A stretch of 62,956 nt of DNA, counting the filler, from Rhabdomonas costata (taxonomy: Eukaryota), in NCBI GenBank assembly GCA_019059605.1. It is 49 parts of 49 records of this genome, joined end to end, with 100 filler letters (N's around TTAATTAATTAA, not from the genome) between each part and the next. Parts side by side here need not be neighbours in the genome. Positions count along the whole stretch, not along the records: positions 36,036 to 37,222 come from JAHMHO010024470.1; positions 37,323 to 38,509 come from JAHMHO010024471.1; positions 38,610 to 39,797 come from JAHMHO010024472.1; positions 39,898 to 41,084 come from JAHMHO010024473.1; positions 41,185 to 42,370 come from JAHMHO010024474.1; positions 42,471 to 43,657 come from JAHMHO010024475.1; positions 43,758 to 44,944 come from JAHMHO010024476.1; positions 45,045 to 46,231 come from JAHMHO010024477.1; 41 more parts are not named here. One strand, given 5' to 3'. Positions 37,043 through 47,236 of this stretch are shown in pieces. The notes below the pieces were generated by a model. The model was given only the letters and a program-made list of their open reading frames with translations, was not told the origin of the DNA and did not search any database. Positions within the stretch are counted from its first letter, which is position 1, and every line of letters begins with the position of its first letter. The position numbers were made by a program, and so were the translations under genes.

Positions 37043-37216
37043 GCAGCTAAATGAAGATCGGGTTCGATATCGGTTGATCTGGCGACTGGCGAGATCTTAG
37101 TAGACGTCGTAGCTGAGCTGTTAGCATATCTGGTGTAGTTTGCTCGCTGTAGACGAAAAGTGAGGTCTTGAGGACAGCAGGTCAACCGATATCGAACCCG
37201 ATCTTCATTTAGCTGC
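37043..37216. repeat. Inverted repeat (35-bp arms, 37043-37077 and 37182-37216) at a contig end
   Basis: Exact reverse-complement arms. Confidence 0.9.
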
Positions 37217-37359
37217 CCCAAANNNNNNNNNNNNNNNNNNNNNNNNNNNNNNNNNNNNNNNNNNNNTTAATTAATTAANNNNNNNNNNNNNNNNNNNNNN
37301 NNNNNNNNNNNNNNNNNNNNNNAAACGAACTGCGAATCAAGTGCACACGTGCACCATAC

Positions 37360-38478
37360 CAGTGCAGCAGTCTTGCTGTGTACAGGGCAGCGATGGGCAG
37401 AAGCCGCTCCCGTTCACCGTGTAGCCCAACGGGCATACGAAGGGTGCAGTGACAGCGTCGCCGCCACAGGGGGGACGGGCTAGAGAACAACAAAGCAACG
37501 AAACCGGGACATTGCAGCCTACCTTTGCATCTGGAGGGGCTATTTGTGCGCAGGCAGGGCACAACAGGATTCTCAATGGCACAAGAGGAGGATGCCTTTG
37601 CAACCCTGCACGGAAAAGGTCGAATTGATTCAGACTGAGCCACGTATTGCTGCAGAATGGGTTTTGCTAGAAGGTAATTTGAGCTTTGATCGAGCATGTT
37701 TCCCAGCTCTGCTGTTGTTGGTGTGGAGCAAAGGGGGCCCTGCCGTGCCACTAAGTCTTCCGACCATATGACGCGAGTCTTATGGCCGAGATGGAGATCG
37801 ATGTGAAGATATATTTGACTGTGACAGAAAGGTGGGTAAAAAGCAAAGAGCACAAAACACACAGTTCTTACCAGATCGTGTCGCTGTGAGCGTCGGGGTG
37901 GGACTTGAACTGCGAATTGGGGTTGAAGAGTAAGTTCCCGTGGAACTTGGCGTTGCCGTAGGCTTGGGAGTAAGGGTCAGCGTGGAACTCATGGATGTTA
38001 CGAAGGTGGGATTAGCGGCGGGTGTCGAGGTCGAACTTGGAGTCGGGCTCAAAGAAGCAGTTGGGCTTGAAGAAGGGGCCAGTGCTGCAGCAACTATTCA
38101 GTGAAAAAAAACTTCAGGGATCATCTTCGGTTACGACTGCGCTATAGTTGGATGGGTCGGTTGGAGAAGAAACTGTTCCCTACACCGCTGAAGGATACTG
38201 CTGCCGATATTGACGGCCAGCTGAGGCTGAGCACACACACACGGGGCAAACGCAAAACCAAGGGTTCTCACAATGATTCCCGCAATGTTCCGAAAAATGA
38301 CAGCCACTGAAGAATTCAATCAGCGCCAACAGAGAAACCACAACACAATGCGCACATAGGGACCCACCTGTGCAGCAATCTGTCAGGTTGCAAGTGGCCG
38401 AGGTGCAGCGCGTGGTGGGGCTCTTCGCGGCGTACCCGTCAGGGCAGCTGAAGTTCACACTTCCGCAAGTCGGCACAG
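37360..38478 (-). CDS. Cys-rich repeat / mucin-like surface protein; exons 38368-38478, 37872-38084 and 37360-37479
   Basis: VPTCGSVNFSCPDGYAAKSPTTRCTSATCNLTDCCT, a 71-codon S/T/P-rich exon, and RPPCGGDAVTAPFVCPLGYTVNGSGFCPSLPCTQQDCCT. All three are symmetric phase-1 exons with AG/GT ends. Confidence 0.8.
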
Positions 38479-38759
38479 CTGGCCAAAGAGCACAAGACAA
38501 ACACCACAANNNNNNNNNNNNNNNNNNNNNNNNNNNNNNNNNNNNNNNNNNNNTTAATTAATTAANNNNNNNNNNNNNNNNNNNNNNNNNNNNNNNNNNN
38601 NNNNNNNNNGCCGTCACACACATGGCGCCTTGGCGCGGTGTGCTGTGGCGTGTCCTTGTGCTGCTTGTTCTGCACACCTGTTGGTTTTTTGGCGCGTTGA
38701 CGGTGCTGCTGTTTGTGCTGGACGACACGACGGGCATTGGGGTGAGATTGTACGCCGTG

Positions 38760-39496
38760 CCCATCCACACACACAGCCAGGCTTTTTCAATTTCTTCTTC
38801 CAAAGATTGCGGCTCTTCCGCCATCACCTTAGCCTGGATGTCCCCATCCAATCCCCTCACAAACAAGTACTGCAGATGCGCGTCACCGCCAAATCTCGTA
38901 CCATTCAAAAGTCCTAAACCCGTCACAAACTGCTGGTGATAATATTGGAAATCCCCATTGTTTACTCGCAAGTTCCCTAGCCCAGCCTCCAAACCACGTT
39001 GTAGTCCCACGTCGAAGGGCAAAATCGCTTCCGAAAACTTTCGGTAAAATCCTCCCAATCTGCGAAAGTCTTGTCTGGAGCAATAATTCCACTTGCAAAC
39101 GAACCGAGCGCTCCCGTTGCATACACAATGGCAATTTGATCTGAGGCCCTACGAAACTCCTTCAGCTCCTCCACTGCCACCAACAAATGGATAAAATTAA
39201 CTGCTTTCACGTCGTATCTGGGAAACTCGGGGTCCTTTAAGAAGCGCTCCACTCACTGACTCATCCTGATTTGGCACAAATGTCACAGGTACTGCTGCTC
39301 TTCCTGCTCCTGGTCCATCTTTTACACTTGGCAGTCCACCCGTTACTCTTAATCTCTGAACCAGACTGTCCGTAAACTGCTGTGTCGCCATCTGCTGCTC
39401 TTCAAGCTGTCGAAACAGCGACGATGAGTGAATCAGGAAAGATTGAAATGTCTGCTCCATGCTTTGCGCTTGGAGTGTGCCTTCTCCTGACATCAC
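38760..39496 (-). mobile_element. Ty3/gypsy-type gag, frameshifted
   Basis: Three overlapping frames give ...FADWEDFTESFRKRFCP...NLRVNNGDFQYYHQQF...LFVRGLDGDIQAKVMAEEPQSLEEEIEKA, the retrotransposon gag pattern (WxxFxxxFxxRF, FxxGL, PxSLEE). Confidence 0.85.
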
Positions 39497-42172
39497 TGCT
39501 GCTCAATCAATCAATGTGCAGCTCACAACCAAATCAAGCTCGAATAAATCACACACAGGGTGGGACGAAAGGTGATTTTTGCTCTGCACGAGGATTTGTG
39601 TCAGGGACACAACACACACTCTGTACAAGCAGTTACCCTTTTGCCTTATACCAATCAACGCGACCAACGCTTTGCGTGTAGCGGGCAGGCTCCCTGCTTC
39701 AGGCTGTAATATAAAAACCTTACTCGTACGAAAAGTCTCCCCAATACACTATGCTACCAAGATACTACAAAAATCTCGTCTGTATCACCAAACCACANNN
39801 NNNNNNNNNNNNNNNNNNNNNNNNNNNNNNNNNNNNNNNNNTTAATTAATTAANNNNNNNNNNNNNNNNNNNNNNNNNNNNNNNNNNNNNNNNNNNNGGT
39901 GTGGGTGGAGGTCAGCCCGTGGCGCAGGCCCGTAATGACATAATACAATTTCATGGTCCAATTGGGAAACATACTCAACCACTAACCACGGGTAAAGGAC
40001 TCAGCACCCGCATGAGTGAGCGGATTGCAATCATATGTACTCGCCCTGAAGGTTCTTGTTCTGTGTGCTCTTTCTATCGCCTCCGCCGTAAAAGAAACTT
40101 TTCTTCCCGAGGATGCCATCACAATTCCCAATCCTCATACCACCGGTGCAGATGGGTTTTGGTTTTGGGTGTAAACATAAAGTCAGCATTACCACGGGAT
40201 CCTTAGAAAACACAGAACAACGACGAGCAATAGATCAGTGAAGGAATGGCACTCTTCACTTTAAAGTGAGGGTTTTGATATCTACCGACAGCAAAAAGAC
40301 GATTGAGCAAAATTCCGAATTCCATTGATTTTCATTCTTGTCGCTAATAAGTCGAAAGTAAAGTCTACACTATTCTGATTTTCAAAGTGAAGCGGACAAT
40401 ACTACGGAACATTGGGTAGATCAACAGCATAGGACCTACCACAGAATGCGTATACCCTCCCCCTCCTCCCCCTTTATCTTTCATACCGAGGAAGGAGAGC
40501 CAGATGAAGACGCCGCACAACACTGTAGGTGCGATCACTGATATGCCGCAAGAAACCAACACAAGTGGCAAAAGGTTCACGAGACCCCCAAAGAAGGAGC
40601 ACACAAACGTTAAGCACAACAGCGAAGCGGGTTGCCTCGCAAAATGAAGCGATGCACAGTATCGCGGGGCAGTTCTCTATAAAGTCTACAGGTACACGTT
40701 TGCAGGAAGAGCGCCTCATGCCATGAAGACCCTGTGAGCCACAAAGGAGGTAGAGGTTACCCTGTCCAGAAACCATGGGGTTGTTTGAACTGAAATAGAA
40801 GCCAAGGTTAAAAATACATTTTCTTTGAGTGATTGCCACTCATGATTGTTCGCTTTGATGATTGATCAGTGCAAACAAAAATTGAGCGACCGTATAACTG
40901 AGTGTGCCCACTCGTGCGCTTTTTTCTGGCGATCTAGTGGGCGATCTAGTCCCCCCCCCCTTCATCGTTGCTGCTGCTGCTCTCACTGTCACTTCCTCTC
41001 CTGCATTCGTGCCTCCCAACGGTCCGAATGCATGGACTTGCCCCTAACCGCTCCTCGAGTGCGTTTCTTTGAGCCCACCCACAANNNNNNNNNNNNNNNN
41101 NNNNNNNNNNNNNNNNNNNNNNNNNNNNTTAATTAATTAANNNNNNNNNNNNNNNNNNNNNNNNNNNNNNNNNNNNNNNNNNNNTTCTTGATGGTGTTGT
41201 GTAAGTGGATTGAGGGATTCTTTCTTCCGATAAGAAATCCCAGTGCTTCAGAGTATCCCTCACATTATTGTAGTGGATTAGGCGCAATTAATGGAAACTG
41301 TCCATTTTGACGCTTCTATTAGTTTCGAGGGTTTCATGTTTGCGCCCGATAATCTCACTTTTTACATGAAATGCGCCATATGTTTGAAAGTTCTCATTTG
41401 GTCCTGTTGTTTGGAAAGTCACCTGGCCTATTATCTGGCCTATCTGGCTTAGATAACGTTTTACCTAGTATATGTTTAGAAATTTCCATGGAACGCGCTC
41501 CAAGTCAGACGTGTGAGTGTGCCTTCCCTTAGGCTTCCTGCAGGCTCTGTTCAGCAATCCCTCGAACTTGATCATCATTACCCTCTTTGGGGTGCTATCC
41601 TTTGTGCTGTACTCCTTCATCTATGCCCAAACCCCTCCGGTGCCCCGGAGGCCTTGTGTGTGCCCAAACCTGGTTTCTCCTCCGAGGTGACCTCGCTGCC
41701 CCAGCCCTTTCCCCACGCCTCCAACGCCTCCACTTGCATTCCTTTTCTTTGGGGGGTTGGGACAATTGTGTTGGGGGAGACGTGAATTGTTTAGCACTGC
41801 TTTTGTTTTGCTAAACTATGTCGACGACCTCTAAATGCATTTATTTTGGAAAAATGAGGTTAGTTGCGGAGATGTTCCTTGCTGTGTTTCTTTCCTTATT
41901 CCATCCTTTTGAGAGAGGTAGCCACCGTGGTGGCTTTTTAACGACCGTTTACGCACCAACATGCTAACTGAGGGCACATCCGCTGCTCAAGGTCGGACAA
42001 TTCAAAATACTGAGATGGATTTTTTGACTGTGCTTTTCACATTGAGGTCACAGATGGGAGGATTTATTATGGCTTGCTTTAGCCAAGGGCGCCAGCTGAA
42101 AGCCACCTGACGATGCTGCCCGATGCACACCCCAGGAAGGAACCCTGACGATGACGTACAATGCCAAAACGC

Positions 42173-42231
42173 TAATAATATGATGTACTCTGATAATAAT
42201 ATGATGTACTCTAATAATATGATGTACTCTG
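42173..42231 (+). repeat. Tandem repeat TAATAATATGATGTACTC x3
   Basis: Read directly from the sequence. Confidence 0.9.
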
Positions 42232-42294
42232 CGGTATAAAGGCCCTCATCTATGGGACTATGTGAATGCACCATGCAACTCGAATGGCTATGGC

Positions 42295-42363
42295 GGTAAC
42301 TAATTCATATTCATGGTAACGGTCACCAGTGGTGACCGTTACCATGAATATGAATTAGTTACC
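42295..42363. repeat. Perfect 69-bp palindrome (34-bp arms, centre 42329) at a contig end
   Basis: GGTAACTAATTCATATTCATGGTAACGGTCACCA, one G, then the exact reverse complement. Confidence 0.95.
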
Positions 42364-43164
42364 ACCCAACNNNNNNNNNNNNNNNNNNNNNNNNNNNNNN
42401 NNNNNNNNNNNNNNTTAATTAATTAANNNNNNNNNNNNNNNNNNNNNNNNNNNNNNNNNNNNNNNNNNNNGTTTTTGTGGCAACAGTGGGAACGGAAGCG
42501 CCCGAACAAATTCAGAGCTAGGCGATAATAAAACTTGCTTTTGTTGCCGTTGTGACCAGATCAGTTGCCTCTCGAGCGTTGACGGGATGTTTTTTTCACA
42601 TTTCGGATTTTTAAGGAAAGCTAGCAACTTTTTCTCCTGCGTAGAAGTATGGAGAGTAGGCAGCGATGAGTAGAGGAGGTTGTTTACGATTGCGAAATAA
42701 TGCGTTGGACCTTTGACAAGTCTTTTCAGTTTTCCAAAATGGACTTATGAACGTCATTTTTCCTTCTTTGATCAGTATGTCAGGAGGTCATTTTAGCCTC
42801 AGATGTATTCATAGAAGTCGGATCACTACGCTACTGCCCTTATGTAAAATGTGTTGGAAACCTTGGTGCGTGAGTGACTGGGTGTTGTGAGCCAGATAAT
42901 AATCCTCTCCCTCTTCTCCGCCCCCTCCCCCCCCCAAAAAAAACGGCATCCTACAATTGGTCATCCCAACATGCCGGTTTGGGCGAAGGTATCTCTTTAA
43001 CGTTCGACCCCATCGTTGGCACTTCCTTTTCTACTTTATGCCAGGGATACTTCTGATAACACTTGGGATTGACATCCGAACAATACCAGCAATCCACACT
43101 GACCGCCGCTCCGCCTTCCCTTGTCCGTCTTAACTCTCTCTCGCTTGCAATCTGTGTGTGTGGA

Positions 43165-43407
43165 ATGGCCTCTTCCTCTGGTGAGGCCAATGCGGGCGCC
43201 CAGCGCACCCTGAATTTCAACGTGGGGCTGCTGGGCCACGTGGACAGCGGGAAGACCGCGCTGTCCAAGGCGCTCTCCACCCACGCCTCCACTGCGGCGT
43301 TTGATAAGAACCCCCAGAGCCGCGAGCGGGGCATCACCTTGGACCTTGGGTTCAGCAGCTTCACCGCCCCCATGCCCACCCATTTGGCGGGCCAGGGCTA
43401 TGACCAG
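43165..43407 (+). CDS. EEFSEC: Selenocysteine-specific elongation factor eEFSec, first exon
   Basis: NFNVGLLGHVDSGKTALSKALSTHASTAAFDKNPQSRERGITLDLGFSSF; STAAFDKxPQSRERGITLDLGFS is the eEFSec signature. Confidence 0.95.
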
Positions 43408-44317
43408 GCATGCCCGAGGAACAGTGATGGAGGGGAAAAGGCAGTGCGATGAGATAATGATCAGGATTACACACACACACCCTCGCCGATGTGACGTATT
43501 TCATTCTGTTGTGCAAAACGGCGCTGGCTTTTTCTATTTTTTAAAAACCGGAAACTGAGAATTTAGTATGTGACAATTCAAACATTTCGAAGTCCTTTCA
43601 GCCTATATTCATGTGGCAGGTCCTTTGGCTCGGTTTGCGGTGTTTTCTGGTAAATTCNNNNNNNNNNNNNNNNNNNNNNNNNNNNNNNNNNNNNNNNNNN
43701 NTTAATTAATTAANNNNNNNNNNNNNNNNNNNNNNNNNNNNNNNNNNNNNNNNNNNNGGGGGGGGGTTGGCAGTTGGTTGCCTGGGACGGGTTGCGGCTA
43801 TCTCGGCCGGCGGGCTCAGGAACGATGCTGACCCTTCCCCGGCACACCTTAAGGCTCTCACCCATTCCATTGCCCCCGGTTGGTGCAGATCTGGACAGCC
43901 AGTGGTGTGCAGTTGGGAAATGGTGGGAGTTTGACCACACGAATGTGATTCATTCTTTCTGTTGGGAAAAGTAGAAATCTGAGTGGCGTGCTACGCCTCC
44001 GCAGCAGTTTAGTTATCTGGCGTACACTCGTATGAAGGTGTGTTTACACTCCTGAAAATGCAACTCAGTGAGCAGTGGAACCAGACCAACTCCCCACCTC
44101 CCACTTCCCGGGATCTCAGGTCTCGGAATGACCTCCATCTCTCCTCAACGATGCACGGAACCCGCGGTACGCCGGACTAAAACGACCCATTGAAAAAACC
44201 CAGATTGGGAACACTTTAACTGAGGTGGTGGACGCTTGGTCATTGTGATGTGGATGTCGCCATGGCGGGGATGCTGGGAAAGGTGGGTGTCTCGGGTCAT
44301 GCGGCAAAAGGGTGGAG

Positions 44318-44516
44318 CGGGACTGGGTCTTCGTGTGGCTCGAGCACGACGCCTTCGAGAACTTCTTCCAGATCAGCACGGAGACCCCGCTGCCCACGGA
44401 GTCTCTGCTGTTCCTGGGCTACCACAGCCCGCCCTCGGAGGCCTTCGTGCTGGAGGACGTCTACCCCACCCGCACCGCGGCGCTGTCTCACGCGGTGCCC
44501 CTGGCGAGCTACGGAG
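44318..44516 (+). CDS. Putative internal exon, unknown protein
   Basis: Very high-GC3 frame RDWVFVWLEHDAFENFFQISTETPLPTESLLFLGYHSPPSEAFVLEDVYP..., donor GTTCCC; the acceptor is uncertain. Confidence 0.6.
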
Positions 44517-46666
44517 GTTCCCCCCACCCCACATCGCCTTAACATAGTGTCCTTGAAAGGGTGGATGGGTGTCCTGCGCGTCACCCCCAGTGAAATGATC
44601 CGGCAGTGGGAAGAGAGGCTGAGGTTAAGCAGCGTGGTGCCGTGATTGTGGGTGGTCACGAATACCGGATTGATTGAAGTTAGTGATATTCAGGGAAGCG
44701 CTCGTGTGTTGTTTCACCGTGATTTGGACGAGACATCGTAGGATTAGAGGATTAAATCTTGCACTGTGGTGGACGAAAGAATATTATGATTTGACTCATG
44801 AAGGGTCCGTCTCATCCAAGTTGACCTGTCCTGTCCCCTCAGTACCCTCCAATCTATAAAAAAAAACATTCCATACTCCCTTCGCTCTCCCGTTCGCCTG
44901 GAACTTTCTGTGAGTGGCGCTGCAGGGGACAAAGCGTACGACCCNNNNNNNNNNNNNNNNNNNNNNNNNNNNNNNNNNNNNNNNNNNNTTAATTAATTAA
45001 NNNNNNNNNNNNNNNNNNNNNNNNNNNNNNNNNNNNNNNNNNNNACCTCCAGCGCAAGAGCCCACCTGCCGCGCATGTGGTTTGGTAGGCAATTTCATAG
45101 AGAATGTCAAGAGATGAGGATGTAGTAGCCGAGAAGACTTGAGAAACGTGAAGTTTTGGTGTATGTGAAATGTGGTAATGTAGAAGGACGAGATTGAGAG
45201 GTTAAACTGTGGCTCGAGATGCGATGGGCTCCTGTTTACCGAGTGATGTGCGAGCCCAACGCCACCTATAATGCTGGAGAGTGTAGTTATATGAACCGTG
45301 GAGAGTCAGACACAACTTGTTGTTAGTTAACCACTACAAGTACTGGAGATGTTTCAGTGTTGAACCAGTGTTCAGGCACACCCATTGTCATCGTCTAACG
45401 GTGAGTTGCCTCCAACACGTTTCCTGCTTCCTTTCGTATGCTGCTCATTGCACAGTCGTCATGTTAGTGAGATGCAGTTGTTAATATATTACCATGTGTG
45501 GGTCGGAAAGAATACACACCAAAACCGAGGTAAAGTATGATGGAAATCTACACACAGCACATTCATCAACTGGAAGTCGGACGTCTCAACTCAGACATCA
45601 TTTTTCTTTCAAATACACTTGCCTGTTAGAACCGACGTTGCAGCACTCATCAGACCCCCCAGTAACGTGTGTTTTGTAGCTGTGATCACATCCGGAATGC
45701 CAGCCGTAGTCTCAGACGGTTGAATTACAGGCAGATCTCCGTTGGTCAAGCCAATATTGCTGCATTATTTCCGGGATTTAGAGTCATCGGATGAAGTTCA
45801 AAGCCGAGCCAGAGGCTTACTGCATGGTAGCCCTCCAAAGACACCCAGACATAATTCCATGCCCTTATGAATTCATGTGCTTTGGACTGTTTTATAAGGG
45901 AAAACGTGGTTATGAGCTCCAGATACCGAGGAAAAGACTTAACCACATCATTTAAGTCCTAGTGGACAATGATCTACGTCCTGGTGTCGGCGTTGCTCTG
46001 CACAATTCAGAGGTATAGTGAAACCCATTCCTGTTGTGCTTGGATACACCTTCCTTCACCTATATTTAGATTCAGATTCAGATTCAGATTGTTCATATTT
46101 CCGCAGAGAAAACGCATGCGTAATTTTATCACTACCGTTAACCGATCTATTCCGCATGATTGGAAGGCTCGAGTGATACCATGTGACGACGCTTCAGCTG
46201 TCACCTAACTCGGGCCAAACCACACACCCACNNNNNNNNNNNNNNNNNNNNNNNNNNNNNNNNNNNNNNNNNNNNTTAATTAATTAANNNNNNNNNNNNN
46301 NNNNNNNNNNNNNNNNNNNNNNNNNNNNNNNGTGTGGTTGTGTAAATACCCCATTCTACCATCCATTGCCATTGCACGGCCCGTTGGCTTCCAAAAAGTA
46401 ACGAAACGGGAGGTTAGTTCCAGCAATGGAACCCAGAAGTCCAAAGTAACTCCACAGTATCCAAAATGGGGCGTCAAGCCGATCGAGGACTGAACGAACG
46501 AATTGCGAAGGCTCCCAAATGAACTCTCAACAAAGCGTGAGAAGCTCTTATACAGGCTAGTTGTTTCCTGAATGAGGATCCGAGGAAACCTAACTAACAT
46601 CCCACAAAAGGCTGGGCGGTTCAGCTTCATCTGAGCAGCTGACTCAGCTGACTTCATGAGCAACCC

Positions 46667-47236
46667 TCACTGCTGTTCCTCTTTTGTCAGCAACCGCTGG
46701 CCCTCGCTAATGCCACGGGTGATCTTGATCCAGTCTCCAACCCGCACCACACCCAACTCAACGAGGTCAGCGTCGGTGATCGGGTGCTTTCTGTCGAAGA
46801 ACATCGCCCCGGTGACCCCCTGCTTCACCACGTCGTATCTCTTGGAAACTTTCAATGCAGAGAGGAGCCAGTCCGAAAGCTGAGCAAAACCGAGGGCCCC
46901 CCAAAAAAAAACGGAAACCACGAAAAGCACCAAAGCGTCAGCTACTGCGTCCATAGTCGCTTCCACAATTCCAGGGAAAGTTCTGCAACGGGTTAGGTAT
47001 GCGGTGCATAAGTTTGCGATCGGGTGAACGCGTGAATTTTGGGGACAGGATGGCACATGTTGGGCAAAACGACGCGCCTCTTGGGGTGTCCCCACGACGG
47101 GATTACGTGCAAGTTGAAAGGCAGGCCGCTGCGGCCGCTGCTCGTCCAAGGCCGCCATGAACAGCTTGCGGTCACCGACAGTCATCCGAAACTTACGGAA
47201 CAAGGGAACCATCTCATCCTCCGTGAGGTACAACAA
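46667..47236 (-). CDS. Protein with two SAM-like segments (probably spliced or degenerate)
   Basis: LLYLTEDEMVPLFRKFRMTVGDRKLFMAAL and GVTGAMFF...ITDADLVELGVVRVGDWIKITRGI resemble the SAM motif LTxxDLxELGxxxxGxRxKI. Confidence 0.55.
   Translation of the reverse strand: MLYLTEDEMVPLFRKFRMTVGDRKLFMAALDEQRPQRPAFQLARNPVVGTPQEARRFAQHVPSCPQNSRVHPIANLCTAYLTRCRTFPGIVEATMDAVADALVLFVVSVFFWGALGFAQLSDWLLSALKVSKRYDVVKQGVTGAMFFDRKHPITDADLVELGVVRVGDWIKITRGISEGQRLLTKEEQQ

Noticed and set aside
42173..42231. Short direct repeats as a mini-CRISPR
   Set aside because: The copies are directly tandem, with no unique spacers and no cas genes.
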